Below, one piece after another: positions 9,737 through 19,152 of a stretch of DNA of 64,000 bases (its first letter is position 1; each line of letters opens with the position of its first letter). The notes below the pieces were generated by a model. The model did no database searches and was not told the origin of the DNA. It saw nothing but the letters and a program-made list of their open reading frames with translations. The translations under genes were made by a program, and so were the position numbers. The DNA comes from an uncultured Actinomycetota bacterium (lineage in GTDB: Bacteria > Actinomycetota > Actinomycetes > CAVWCF01), in assembly GCA_963753435.1 (NCBI GenBank), contig CAVWCF010000001.1:32001-96000 (forward strand), in the 5' to 3' direction.

Positions 9737-11239
9737 TCAGCGGCGGGCCCGCGAGGAGTAGCCCCGATCCGGGCCGAGCACCCGCTCGGCGGCCAACCGG
9801 CCGCTGATCAGCACCATCGGAACCCCCACGCCGGGCTGCGTCCCGGAGCCGGTGAACACGACGTTGTCGCCCCACAGGTTCGACGGCCGGAATGGCCCGG
9901 TTTGTCCGAATGTGTGTGCCGAGGCGAAGGGAGCCCCGTCCTCCAGGCCTCGGTCGGCCCAGTCCTGGGGTGTGGTGATGTCCTCGACCTCGATGCCGTC
10001 GGCGAAACCTACGTAGCCGCGCGACTCCATGGTTCGCAGGATCTGGTCGCGGTAGGTGGTCCGCAGGGTGTCCCAGTCCAGTCCGGCGCTCAGGTTCGGT
10101 GTGGGGAAGAGCACGTAGTAGGAGTGGCGGCCGTCCGGCGCCAGCGCCGGATCGCCGTGCGTCGGGTTCGTAACCAGGAAGGACGGGTCGCTCATCAGCT
10201 GGCGGCGATCGATGAGGTCCGCGAACACCTCCGACCAGGCGGAGCCGAAGTGGATGTTGTGGTGCGCAATCCGGGAGTAGTGCGCCTGAGACCCGACCAG
10301 CATCAAGAAGCACGAAGGTGAGTAGTTCAGCGACGGTGGCTGCACGCCGAGCAGGTCGCGCATGGCGACCGGAAGGTCCGGGTTGAGGATGACGACGTCG
10401 GCGGGAACGCGACGGCCATCGTCGGTATGCACGGCCACCGCCCGAGTGCCTTGACGTTCAACACGCGTCACCGAGGTTCCGTACTGGAACTCAACGCCGT
10501 GCTTGGCGGCGGCAGCCGCTAGCGCCCGCGGAACCGCGTGCATTCCCCCGACCGGAAAGAACACGCCCGCAACGGAGTCCATGTAGGCGATGACGGCGTA
10601 CAGCGCCAGGGCTTGCTGCGGCGACACCCCGGCATACATGGCCTGGAAGCTGAACATCCGCTGGGTGCGGGGGTCCTTGAGGTAGCGGTTGACGACCGGG
10701 GCGAGTCGCCGAAACCCGCCAAGAGCGGCCAGCCGGGCCAGATTGGGCGTGAGCAGATCGAACGGAGAGTCGATGTTGCGGTCGATGAAGTCGGCCATCT
10801 CGTAGCGGTACAACTGCGACACAAACTTCACGTAACGGCGGTACCCATCGGCTTCCTGAGGTCCGCACACCGCGGCGATCTCCGCGGCGGTGGCGTCGAT
10901 ACCTGTGTGTACATCGAGGGTGGACCCGTCCGGGTAGTAGCCGCGATACAGCGGTTCGACCGGGCGCAGGTCGAGCCAGTCCTCCATCTTCTCGCCGACG
11001 CAGTCGAACGCGTCAGCGATGAGGTCCGGCATCGTCAGCACGGTCGGTCCGGTGTCGAAGCGGTACCCGTCGAGTTGCAGTAGCCCGGCACGACCACCGG
11101 GGTGTTCCTCGCGCTCGATGACGGTGACTTGCCGCCCGGCGCCCGCCAATCGCAGGGCGGCCGACAGTCCAGCCAATCCGGCTCCGACGATCACTACCCG
11201 GTCCGTCGGACCGGTCACTGTGCGCATCAGGCGGCCCAT
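9737..11239 (-). CDS. crtI: Phytoene desaturase
   Basis: VGAGLAGL, FDTGPTVLTMP and GTQPGVGVPMVLISG; lies between crtE and crtB. Confidence 0.93.
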   Translation of the reverse strand: MGRLMRTVTGPTDRVVIVGAGLAGLSAALRLAGAGRQVTVIEREEHPGGRAGLLQLDGYRFDTGPTVLTMPDLIADAFDCVGEKMEDWLDLRPVEPLYRGYYPDGSTLDVHTGIDATAAEIAAVCGPQEADGYRRYVKFVSQLYRYEMADFIDRNIDSPFDLLTPNLARLAALGGFRRLAPVVNRYLKDPRTQRMFSFQAMYAGVSPQQALALYAVIAYMDSVAGVFFPVGGMHAVPRALAAAAAKHGVEFQYGTSVTRVERQGTRAVAVHTDDGRRVPADVVILNPDLPVAMRDLLGVQPPSLNYSPSCFLMLVGSQAHYSRIAHHNIHFGSAWSEVFADLIDRRQLMSDPSFLVTNPTHGDPALAPDGRHSYYVLFPTPNLSAGLDWDTLRTTYRDQILRTMESRGYVGFADGIEVEDITTPQDWADRGLEDGAPFASAHTFGQTGPFRPSNLWGDNVVFTGSGTQPGVGVPMVLISGRLAAERVLGPDRGYSSRARR

Positions 11240-11254
11240 ATCGCGCGCTCCACT

Positions 11255-12319
11255 TCAGGCGTTCCGGGCGGTGGCGGCCACGGCCAGGTCCACGAGGACC
11301 GTCCGAGCCGGTTCGGCAACCTCGGTGCTCAGCGCGCTGGTCGCTTGGTCCGTTAGTTCGCGGATCAACGCCTCGACATGGTCCAGCGCGCCAGTGTCGG
11401 CAATCACCTCGCGCAGTTGCGCGACCCCCTCAGCCGCGAGCGCCGGGTCGCCCAGATGCCGTTGCAGTACCGCACGCTGCGCCGGCGTCGCCTTCTCGGT
11501 GGCGTGAGCGATCAGCAGGGTGCGCTTGCCCTCGCGCAGATCGTCCCCAGCCGGCTTGCCGGTCTGCGCCGGATCGCCGAAGACCCCCAGGACGTCATCG
11601 CGGAGCTGAAATGCCTCGCCCAGCGGCAAGCCGTAGCGGGAGTAGACCGCGGAAACGGGTTCGTCGGCTCCGGCCAGGGCCGCACCAAGGTGCAGGGGCC
11701 GTTCGATCGTGTACTTGGCTGACTTGTACTGAACCACTCGCATCGCCCGCTGCGCCGAGCCACCGCCGCGAGCCTGCTCCAGCAAGTCCAGGTACTGCCC
11801 GGCCATCAACTCGGTGCGCATGATGTCGTAGACGCGCTTGCCGGCGAGGAGACGCTCATTCGGCACATCAGCCGACATCAGCAGTTCGTCCGCCCAGGAC
11901 AGGCAAAGGTCGCCGAGAAGGATCGCCGCACCTGCACCAAATGACTCCGATGACCCCAACCAAGCATTGCCCCGGTGCAGCGTGGCGAATCTGCGGTGCG
12001 CGGCGGGCTGGCCACGCCGGGTGTCGGAACCATCCATCACGTCGTCATGCACCAGAGCGCACGCTTGCAGGAGTTCCAAGGCCGTGGCGGCGGCGAGAGC
12101 GGAGTCGTCGTCAGCCCCGCCGGCACCGCGGTACCCCCAGTAGCAGAAAGCAGGCCGAAGGCGCTTGCCGCCAGCCAGCAAGTCGGTGAGGGCATCGAGG
12201 AGAGGGGCCAGTTCGTCGCTGACCTCGTCCAGCAGCGGCCGCTGGACGGCGAGGAAGTCCTCCAAGGCCTTGGCTACGCGGGAGCGGAGGTCCTCCGCAT
12301 CCAGTGGGCTCGTGGGCAT
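11255..12319 (-). CDS. crtE: Geranylgeranyl diphosphate synthase (IdsA2/CrtE)
   Basis: GGKRLRP, HDDVMD..DTRRG, GQYLD, KSAKY and FQLRDD. Confidence 0.92.
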   Translation of the reverse strand: MPTSPLDAEDLRSRVAKALEDFLAVQRPLLDEVSDELAPLLDALTDLLAGGKRLRPAFCYWGYRGAGGADDDSALAAATALELLQACALVHDDVMDGSDTRRGQPAAHRRFATLHRGNAWLGSSESFGAGAAILLGDLCLSWADELLMSADVPNERLLAGKRVYDIMRTELMAGQYLDLLEQARGGGSAQRAMRVVQYKSAKYTIERPLHLGAALAGADEPVSAVYSRYGLPLGEAFQLRDDVLGVFGDPAQTGKPAGDDLREGKRTLLIAHATEKATPAQRAVLQRHLGDPALAAEGVAQLREVIADTGALDHVEALIRELTDQATSALSTEVAEPARTVLVDLAVAATARNA

Positions 12320-12481
12320 CCGAGCACTTTAGGGGAGACGTTGCGCGGCCGCTGAGTCACGCTCAGTAGCGACATCACCCGCTCGCTCAGGCAAGGCATG
12401 TGCGTGCTGTGGGCCATTCCGGTGAGTTTCGGGCCCAAGTGTTCACACAGCGTCCCGATGGCCTCAAGATCGGCACCGTAT

Positions 12482-12549
12482 GGGGAGGCGAAGACTTCCG
12501 GACGTACCTGGTCGCAGAGTCCGGAATGAGCCACAGCGAAACCGGCCCC
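12482..12549 (+). ncRNA. Cyclic di-GMP-II-like riboswitch aptamer
   Basis: GGGGAGGC-GAAGAC-TTCCGGAC-GTACCTGGTCGCAGA-GTCCGGAA-TGAGCC-ACAGCGAAACCGGCCCC. Stem 12496-12503/12519-12526, GA-rich kink-turn-like internal loop, pseudoknot TCGC(12512-15)/GCGA(12536-39) and a 3' AACC.GC end. Recognised by eye, not by a covariance model. Confidence 0.7.
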
Positions 12550-12579
12550 GCTCGAGCCAACGAGGGGGAAGGGTCAACC

Positions 12580-13326
12580 ATGCGGACCAACCGGCCACTG
12601 CGCAGCGGCGTCACCGCTGGCTTCGCCGCTACTGCGGTTCTCCTTGGCGCATGGATGTTCGGCGCCACCTCGGCATCCGCTGACACCGAGGCGACACCCG
12701 TGCCCGGTGATGTGGCCGACTACGCCGGCGACTTCGACCTGCAGCTGCTGATGACGCTTGCCAGCGAGGGACCGCTGCAAGTAGGGGACACGGTGACCTA
12801 CCAGGTATCCGTGGCCAATCTGGGTCCAGCGGCAGCGCCTACCGGCTGGACCGTCGCCGGCACGATTCCGAACGGCCTCACTTCGGTGGCCCTGCAGCCG
12901 GCGGCCGACTCGTCGGCCTACGCATGCGTCTTGGGGGTCAGCGACTTCAGTTGCACCTACAGCGGCGACCTGGCGGCGGGGGCGACCGCGCCGCTGGGCT
13001 CCGTGACCGCGACGGTGTCGGACGTACTGGCCGACGTGCCCGTCGTGGAGAACACCGCTTGCGTGGGGAACAACGCAGGGGACACGAACGAACAGAACGA
13101 CTGCGCCACGGCCGCCACTGCGCTGGCCGCTGCTTCGCCGGTCGCCGAGGTCGCGGTTCAGGGTGCAGTGATTGCCGCTCCGGCCGCAACCCAATCCATA
13201 ACCTCAGCCGAACTGGCGGCCACCGGTTCCCGCGGCGCGGGGCTGCTATTGCCTGGGGCAGCTTTGGTTGCTCTTGGCCTGGTGGTGATGCGCCTCGGTC
13301 GGCGCCCGGAGATCGAACCCAACTAA
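12580..13326 (+). CDS. Secreted DUF11/Ig-like-domain surface protein with LAXTG sortase anchor
   Basis: Signal peptide ending ASA; LQVGDTVTYQVSVANLGP...NEQND (DUF11-like); C-terminal LAATG, hydrophobic helix and RR; SD GAGGGGGAAGG. Confidence 0.75.
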   Translation: MRTNRPLRSGVTAGFAATAVLLGAWMFGATSASADTEATPVPGDVADYAGDFDLQLLMTLASEGPLQVGDTVTYQVSVANLGPAAAPTGWTVAGTIPNGLTSVALQPAADSSAYACVLGVSDFSCTYSGDLAAGATAPLGSVTATVSDVLADVPVVENTACVGNNAGDTNEQNDCATAATALAAASPVAEVAVQGAVIAAPAATQSITSAELAATGSRGAGLLLPGAALVALGLVVMRLGRRPEIEPN

Positions 13327-13416
13327 TCCGTCGCCGACTGCAGCCGGTGTCGATGTCCGCGCTTCGCGGCGGGCACCGCCAGCGCCGGCCCACATTTGCC
13401 CACCTACGCTGCGCGG

Positions 13417-14319
13417 GTGAGCGAGCCGGGCAACCCACAGCGATTGATCGGCGAGTTGGTTCATGAGGCGACCCCCGTTCTTTCTTTTGAGTTCTTCCCG
13501 CCCAAGACCGACGAGGGCGAGCGGCACCTGTGGCGGGCCATCCGCGAGTTGGAACCGCTGCACCCCGGCTTCGTGTCCGTCACCTATGGCGCGGGCGGTT
13601 CGACGCGGGACCGCACGGCGCGGGTTACCGAACGGATAGCCACCGACACGACTCTGACCGCGATGGCGCACCTGACCTGCGTGGGTGCAAGCAGAGCAGA
13701 AGTCCGCCGAGTCGTCGGCCGCTACGCCGATGCCGGTATTCGCAATGTCCTTGCGTTGCGAGGCGATCCGCCGGGTGGCCCGGGCCAGGCTTATGAGCCG
13801 CATCCCGACGGATTCGAATATGCGGCGGAACTCGTGGAGTTCGTCGCCGGTCTGGGCGGGTTCAGCGTCGGCGTTGCGGCCTTCCCGGATGTGCACCCGG
13901 AGGCGGCAAACGCGATGGCGGACGCCGAGAACCTGTGCCGCAAGGCGGACGCCGGGGCGTCATTCGCGATCACCCAATTCTTCTTCGACGCTGACTCCTA
14001 CTTCCAACTCGTGGACCGTGTCCGCTCCGTTGGCTGTGACCTTCCGATCATCCCCGGGCTGATGCCGGTAACCAACGTGGCGCAGATCGAACGGTTCGCA
14101 CAGCTGTCCGGAACCGCGGTGCCGGCGGCAGTGGCCAGCCGATTCCACGAGATAGCGGATGACGCGGAAGCGGTTCGCGAACTCGGGGTTGAGGTTGCTG
14201 CCGACCTGGGTGCTCGCTTGCTTAACGGTGGTGCGCCCGGCCTGCACTTCTACACACTCAATCGATCGACCGCGACCCGTGAGGTGGCTCGCACGCTCGG
14301 GCTCACCACGGCGGCCTGA
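13417..14319 (+). CDS. metF: 5,10-methylenetetrahydrofolate reductase
   Basis: SFEFFPPK, SVTYGAGGST, AHLTC, LALRGDPP, ITQFFFD and HFYTLN. Confidence 0.95.
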   Translation: MSEPGNPQRLIGELVHEATPVLSFEFFPPKTDEGERHLWRAIRELEPLHPGFVSVTYGAGGSTRDRTARVTERIATDTTLTAMAHLTCVGASRAEVRRVVGRYADAGIRNVLALRGDPPGGPGQAYEPHPDGFEYAAELVEFVAGLGGFSVGVAAFPDVHPEAANAMADAENLCRKADAGASFAITQFFFDADSYFQLVDRVRSVGCDLPIIPGLMPVTNVAQIERFAQLSGTAVPAAVASRFHEIADDAEAVRELGVEVAADLGARLLNGGAPGLHFYTLNRSTATREVARTLGLTTAA

Positions 14320-14348
14320 CCCTGCGATGATCACCTCCTGTGAGGACA

Positions 14349-15002
14349 GTGCCGACCCGCGAGGAGTACTTCGCGCGCTGGGCTGAACTGCACGGCGACT
14401 ATCACCCAAGCGGCAACTGGATGGTCCGGGTCTGGCTGTCCATCATCTATTCCCTCGCGCGCCCGTTGGCAGCGCTGCGGGTACCCCCGGACGCCATCAC
14501 CGTCTTCGGCGGTCTGCTCACCGGGGTGGCGGTTTGGATTGCGTCCCTCGGCGGCAGTTGGGTGCTGTTGGCTTCGACGCTGATCTTGCTCACCGGGATC
14601 GTGGACAACCTGGATGGCGCTGTCGCCGTCCTCAGCGATCGCGCGACCGACTTCGGCTACGTCCTGGACTCCGTAGTCGATCGCATCTCCGACGTCCTCT
14701 ACGTGGTGGCGTTCTGGGCGCTTGGTGCGCCGGGTTGGCTTTGCGCCACGGCCGCAGTACTGGCCGGGTTGCAGGAGTACGCCCGGGCTAGGGCAGCTGC
14801 GGTGGGCATGTCCGAGATCGGCGTGGTGACGCCGTCAGAGCGACCCACGCGCGTGCTGGTCACCGCCATGTTCCTGCTGGGCGCGGGCATCTACACGGGA
14901 TCCGCCGTGGGCTGGGCGACTGCTGGTGCGGGCACCTACGCGATTGCGTCGGCCATAGGGCTGACCCTGGTGCTGGCCGGCATCCGCCGACGATTGCGCT
15001 GA
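14349..15002 (+). CDS. CDP-alcohol phosphatidyltransferase family protein
   Basis: PDAIT and DNLDGAVA...FGYVLDSVVDRISD signature. Confidence 0.88.
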   Translation: MPTREEYFARWAELHGDYHPSGNWMVRVWLSIIYSLARPLAALRVPPDAITVFGGLLTGVAVWIASLGGSWVLLASTLILLTGIVDNLDGAVAVLSDRATDFGYVLDSVVDRISDVLYVVAFWALGAPGWLCATAAVLAGLQEYARARAAAVGMSEIGVVTPSERPTRVLVTAMFLLGAGIYTGSAVGWATAGAGTYAIASAIGLTLVLAGIRRRLR

Positions 15003-15005
15003 CGC

Positions 15006-16493
15006 ATGGTCGCCGAGTTCCTTTTCGTCGCCGCCCTGGTGATCCTCCTGGGTGCCGTCGCCGTCCGAGCGGCAAACCGAATCGGCACTCCGGGCCTGCT
15101 GCTGTTCCTGGCGATGGGCCTTCTGCTCGGCCCCGAAGGCCTTGGGCTGGAGTTCGCCGACACCGAGCTGGCGCGGGACCTCGGGCTGGCCGCCGCGGGG
15201 CTGATCCTGGCCGAGGGTGGCCTCACCGCACGGATGTCGGTGGTGCGTCCGCAACTGGGAAAGGCGCTGATCCTGTCGACCGTCGGCGTGCTGGTCAGCG
15301 TGTTCGTCGTCGCCGCCGTCGTCGTATCCGTGACCGGCGCCTCCTGGCGCACCGGCCTCCTGCTCGGCGCCGTGGTGTCCAGTACCGACGCGGCGGCGGT
15401 CTTCAGCGTCCTGCGCAGCATCCGGCTCCGGCCGCGCCCGGTTGCCATCCTTGAGGCGGAGTCCGGGTTCAACGATGCGATGGCTGTCGGACTGGTTGCG
15501 TTCTTCGCGTCCGACGCCTTCGGCGAGGACCCATGGTGGCGGGCGGGATTGGACATCAGCTACGAGCTGGCCATCGGTGCCGCCGTCGGTTTGGCCATCG
15601 GCTACGCCGGCCGGTGGTTGCTGCCGCGCGTGGCGCTACCGGCGGCGGGGCTGTACCCCTTGGCGGTCCTCAGCATGGCCATGGCTTCGTATGCGGCCGC
15701 GCTGCTCCTGAACGCATCCGGCTTCATGTCGGTCTACGTCACGGCGCTGCTGTTGGGATCGGCGACCCTGCCACACCGAAGGACGGTCCTCGGCTTCGCG
15801 GAGGGCCTCGGCTGGCTGGCGCAGATCGGGTTGTTCGTGATGCTGGGCATCCTCGTGGACCCGTCGGAGATCCCTGGAGTGCTGGGCATCGGCATCCTCG
15901 TGAGCCTGGTGCTGGTGCTCCTGGCCAGGCCCCTGTCGGTCTGGCTGTGCTTGGCACCCTTCCGGATGCCCATCCCCGAGCAGGTGTTCCTGAGTTGGGG
16001 CGGCTTGCGCGGTGCGGTGCCGATCGTCTTCGCCACAATCCCGTTGAGCCTCGGCACTCCTGACGGCACGTTGGCGTTCACGACCACTTTTGTGGTCGTG
16101 GTCCTTCTGACTTCCATCCAAGGACCAACCCTGCCCGCGGTGGCTCGACGAACCGGTGTTGCCAGTGCCGAAGAAGTCGGCGAACTCACCGTGGAATCGG
16201 CGCCGCTGGATGAGATGCGCGCAGCACTGGTCGAGATCGACGTGCCGCCCGGGTCGCATCTGGCCGGCATGTACCTGGTCGATCTGCGCCTACCTGCTGG
16301 ATCGCTCGTCAGCCTGGTGGTGCGGGATGAGGAGTCAGTTGTCCCGGACGAGCATCTGCGTCTGCGGGCCGGTGACCGGGTGTTGATCGTGGCGACGGAG
16401 GCATCGCGAGCCGAAACCGAGCAGCGCCTGCGGGAGGTCAGCCGCGGCGGCCGCTTGGCCGGCTGGTATCGACCCGACCCGCCGCCGGAGTAG
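15006..16493 (+). CDS. K+/H+ antiporter (CPA1, NhaP2/CvrA-like) with C-terminal TrkA-C domain
   Basis: SSTDAAAVFS, EAESGFND and WGGLRGAVPI; RCK_C tail. Confidence 0.9.
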   Translation: MVAEFLFVAALVILLGAVAVRAANRIGTPGLLLFLAMGLLLGPEGLGLEFADTELARDLGLAAAGLILAEGGLTARMSVVRPQLGKALILSTVGVLVSVFVVAAVVVSVTGASWRTGLLLGAVVSSTDAAAVFSVLRSIRLRPRPVAILEAESGFNDAMAVGLVAFFASDAFGEDPWWRAGLDISYELAIGAAVGLAIGYAGRWLLPRVALPAAGLYPLAVLSMAMASYAAALLLNASGFMSVYVTALLLGSATLPHRRTVLGFAEGLGWLAQIGLFVMLGILVDPSEIPGVLGIGILVSLVLVLLARPLSVWLCLAPFRMPIPEQVFLSWGGLRGAVPIVFATIPLSLGTPDGTLAFTTTFVVVVLLTSIQGPTLPAVARRTGVASAEEVGELTVESAPLDEMRAALVEIDVPPGSHLAGMYLVDLRLPAGSLVSLVVRDEESVVPDEHLRLRAGDRVLIVATEASRAETEQRLREVSRGGRLAGWYRPDPPPE

Positions 16494-16511
16494 TTGCAGC
16501 GGGATCGGACA

Positions 16512-18008
16512 TCACGCCGGACCGATCAGGCCGGACACGATCTCCGCAGACATGCCGACCAGGGGGAGTCCGCCGCCGGGATGGGCCGATCCGCCCACTA
16601 GGAACAGCCCCGGTACCGGGGAGGCGTTGGCCGGGCGGAGGAAGGCCGCCGACCGACCATTGCTGGACGTGCCGTAGATGGACCCGCCGGGGGCCCCGGT
16701 GTCGGCCTGGAGGTCCGCTGGTGTCCGGATCTCCCGCCAGAGGAGCCGATCCCGCAGGTCCACGCCTCGCTGCGCCAGTCGGTCCAGCACGGTGTCGGCG
16801 TAGCCCTCGGCGATGCCGGGGGTGCACCAGTCGACACCTGCGTTCGGATCGTGCCGGGGGGCATTAACCAGGATGAACCAGGCCTCATGTCCGTCCGGCC
16901 GCATGGCCGGGTCGTCGGGGACGCACGCATAGATGGCCGGGTCCGGCACTGGTCTCGGGGAGCGGCCAAAGATGCTGTCGAACTCATCGTCGTACTCGGT
17001 CGGGAACCAGACGTTGTGGTGCTGCAAGCCTGCGGTCCGCCCGCGCACTGCCAGCAACAGCACGAATCCGCTGAGGCTGGGCGTAGCTCGGCGCAGTCGG
17101 CGCAGGGGCCCCCGGGATACGCGGGAAGGCAGCATCGAGCCGTACAGCCGGCTCGCGTCCGCGTCGCTGACGACGATGTCGGCGGGGATTCGGCGGTCGT
17201 CGGCGGTTCGTACCCCGCCTACCCGCGAACCGTCGAGCAGGACTTCCGCTACGGGGGTGTTCAGCTGCACGTCGACGTTGAGTTCGCAAACGCGGGCGGT
17301 CAACGCCTCGGCCAGCCGTCCGATGCCACCGCCGATGTGCCAGGCGCCGAAAGTCTGCTCGACGTAGGGGACCGTAACGAGGGCGGCGGGCGCCTGCCGC
17401 GGGTCGGATCCGGTGTAGGTCGCATAGCGATCGAGCAGCACCCGCAGCCGCTCGTCACCCAAGTACCTCGACCCCATCCCGCGCAGCGACGTGAACGGGG
17501 CCACGGTGCGCACATCCCCGGCACTCCGCGCCAGGCGCAGTAGGGAACGTCGGCCGTCCAGCGGAGACTGCAGGATCGGGTCTCTGGTGAGGCCCCACAC
17601 CTGTGCGGCGCGGGCCATCAACCGCTTCCAGTCCTGTTCGGCTTGTTCACCGAAGGCGTCACCCAGCGCGGCCGCGACCGGTCCTATGCCGAAGCCCGGT
17701 AGCGCCACGGTGGAACCGTCACCGAATCGGTAGTTGAACGCGGTCTGCAGCGGGAGGAGTTCGACGTTGGCTTCCAGGGGAGCGCTGGCGCCGCGCCCGG
17801 TCTTGAGGAACAGGTCCCGGTACACCGCCGGCAGGGTGAACAGGCTGGGGCCGGTGTCGAACGCAAATCCGTCACGGCTGTAGGTAGCGACCTTGCCGCC
17901 GGTCCGATCGCTGGACTCCAGCACAGTGACGTCATGACCGAGGGCGCTGAGGCGCGCCGCTGCCGCCAGGCCGCCCATTCCGGCACCGATGACCACTACT
18001 CGGCTCAT
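16512..18008 (-). CDS. CrtI-family carotenoid desaturase (probable 3',4'-desaturase, CrtD-like)
   Basis: IGAGMGGL, FDTGPSLFTLP, RYATYTGSDP and GGSAHPGGGLP; last gene of the crtA-cruF-GT operon. Confidence 0.8.
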   Translation of the reverse strand: MSRVVVIGAGMGGLAAAARLSALGHDVTVLESSDRTGGKVATYSRDGFAFDTGPSLFTLPAVYRDLFLKTGRGASAPLEANVELLPLQTAFNYRFGDGSTVALPGFGIGPVAAALGDAFGEQAEQDWKRLMARAAQVWGLTRDPILQSPLDGRRSLLRLARSAGDVRTVAPFTSLRGMGSRYLGDERLRVLLDRYATYTGSDPRQAPAALVTVPYVEQTFGAWHIGGGIGRLAEALTARVCELNVDVQLNTPVAEVLLDGSRVGGVRTADDRRIPADIVVSDADASRLYGSMLPSRVSRGPLRRLRRATPSLSGFVLLLAVRGRTAGLQHHNVWFPTEYDDEFDSIFGRSPRPVPDPAIYACVPDDPAMRPDGHEAWFILVNAPRHDPNAGVDWCTPGIAEGYADTVLDRLAQRGVDLRDRLLWREIRTPADLQADTGAPGGSIYGTSSNGRSAAFLRPANASPVPGLFLVGGSAHPGGGLPLVGMSAEIVSGLIGPA

Positions 18009-18033
18009 GGCGCCCACCGCCTGATCGCCCGAC

Positions 18034-19152
18034 TCACAGTGCTCGCCCTTTCCACTGCAATCGGCCCTGCTGCCGCCGCCGCCACGACAACGCCGTCAGG
18101 TAGCCGAGCAGGCTGATCGAGACGGGGTGGGCCAAGGAGTCAGGCCACACTCGGCCGTCGACCCGATCGGCAACGATCGCGCGGCCGGTGACCCCAGCGG
18201 CGTAGCCGATCGCGCCGACGCGCGAACCGGTGAGGGCGGCCACTGCCGGTACCACGTAGGCCAAGCCCAACACCCCGACCACGGTGGTCGCGCCCGCCGG
18301 CGATCCGAATGCACTCCACAAGGATTTGGTGTAGCCATCGCGGAGGTCTGACCAGCCGGTGTACATGCGACACGTTGCCAGGGTCGTGCCGTCGACTACG
18401 CCGCCACGACCGCCGGTGCGCTTGACCGCTCGCAGCAGTGCGACATCGTCGAGCACTTCAGCCCGGACGGCGGCGTGACCACCCGCTTCGGCGTAGGCGG
18501 TACGAGTCACGGCGAGCAACTGGCCGTTGGCGGCGGACAGGGATTCCCGCGGGCTGCGTTCTGCTGACCGCAAGGGCAGGGTGGTCAGCCAGGACCATTG
18601 CAGCAGCGGTTGCACGAGTCGCTCAGCCAAGGTTTCGGCGCGTTGTTTGGGGTAGGGGGAGACCAAGTCGAGGCCGGAGTCGGCGAGCAGTTGAGCCGTC
18701 GCCGCAACCGCGTGCGGTGCGAGCACCACGTCGGCGTCGACGAAGAGGAGCACTGAGCTGGCCGGGTCGGCGGCTTCGGCCAGTTGCTGACACGCCCAGG
18801 TCTTGCCGAGCCATCCGGCCGCAGGGTCCGAGCCGGTCATTAGCCGAAATCTTGGGTCGGTTCCCACCGTCTGCTGCACCACGGTCGGGGTCTCGTCTTC
18901 GCTGCGATCGTCCAGGATCACGAACTCGATGTCGTGATGCGTTTGTGCCAGCAGTCCCTGCAGGCAGGGGGTCACCCGATGCGCTTCGTTTCGTAGTGGC
19001 AACAGGACGCTGATGCGCGGCCCGGTCCGCGCCGATGATGTGTCGGGCTTGCGCAGGTGGCGCAGGTTGGCGGCCGTATGTGCTGTCAACCCCACGGCCA
19101 AGGCGGAACCGGCCCAAACAGCAGCGTTCCAGGCCCGCGCGCGGCGGCTCAT
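18034..19152 (-). CDS. GT2 glycosyltransferase (carotenoid glucosyltransferase, CruC-like)
   Basis: LLPLRNE, LDDRSED, GWLGKTWACQQL, FVDAD, ANGQ and W.GR; ATG overlaps the cruF stop. Confidence 0.85.
   Translation of the reverse strand: MSRRARAWNAAVWAGSALAVGLTAHTAANLRHLRKPDTSSARTGPRISVLLPLRNEAHRVTPCLQGLLAQTHHDIEFVILDDRSEDETPTVVQQTVGTDPRFRLMTGSDPAAGWLGKTWACQQLAEAADPASSVLLFVDADVVLAPHAVAATAQLLADSGLDLVSPYPKQRAETLAERLVQPLLQWSWLTTLPLRSAERSPRESLSAANGQLLAVTRTAYAEAGGHAAVRAEVLDDVALLRAVKRTGGRGGVVDGTTLATCRMYTGWSDLRDGYTKSLWSAFGSPAGATTVVGVLGLAYVVPAVAALTGSRVGAIGYAAGVTGRAIVADRVDGRVWPDSLAHPVSISLLGYLTALSWRRRQQGRLQWKGRAL

Noticed and set aside
6489-12319. Retinal/actinorhodopsin system
   Set aside because: No rhodopsin or blh/brp gene is present in the window.
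12400-12579. N-terminal extension of the DUF11 protein
   Set aside because: The signal peptide and SD fit ATG 12580, and the upstream DNA looks like a riboswitch.
13327-13416. SAM riboswitch upstream of metF
   Set aside because: No SAM-I or SAM-IV consensus is recognisable, and the gene appears leaderless.
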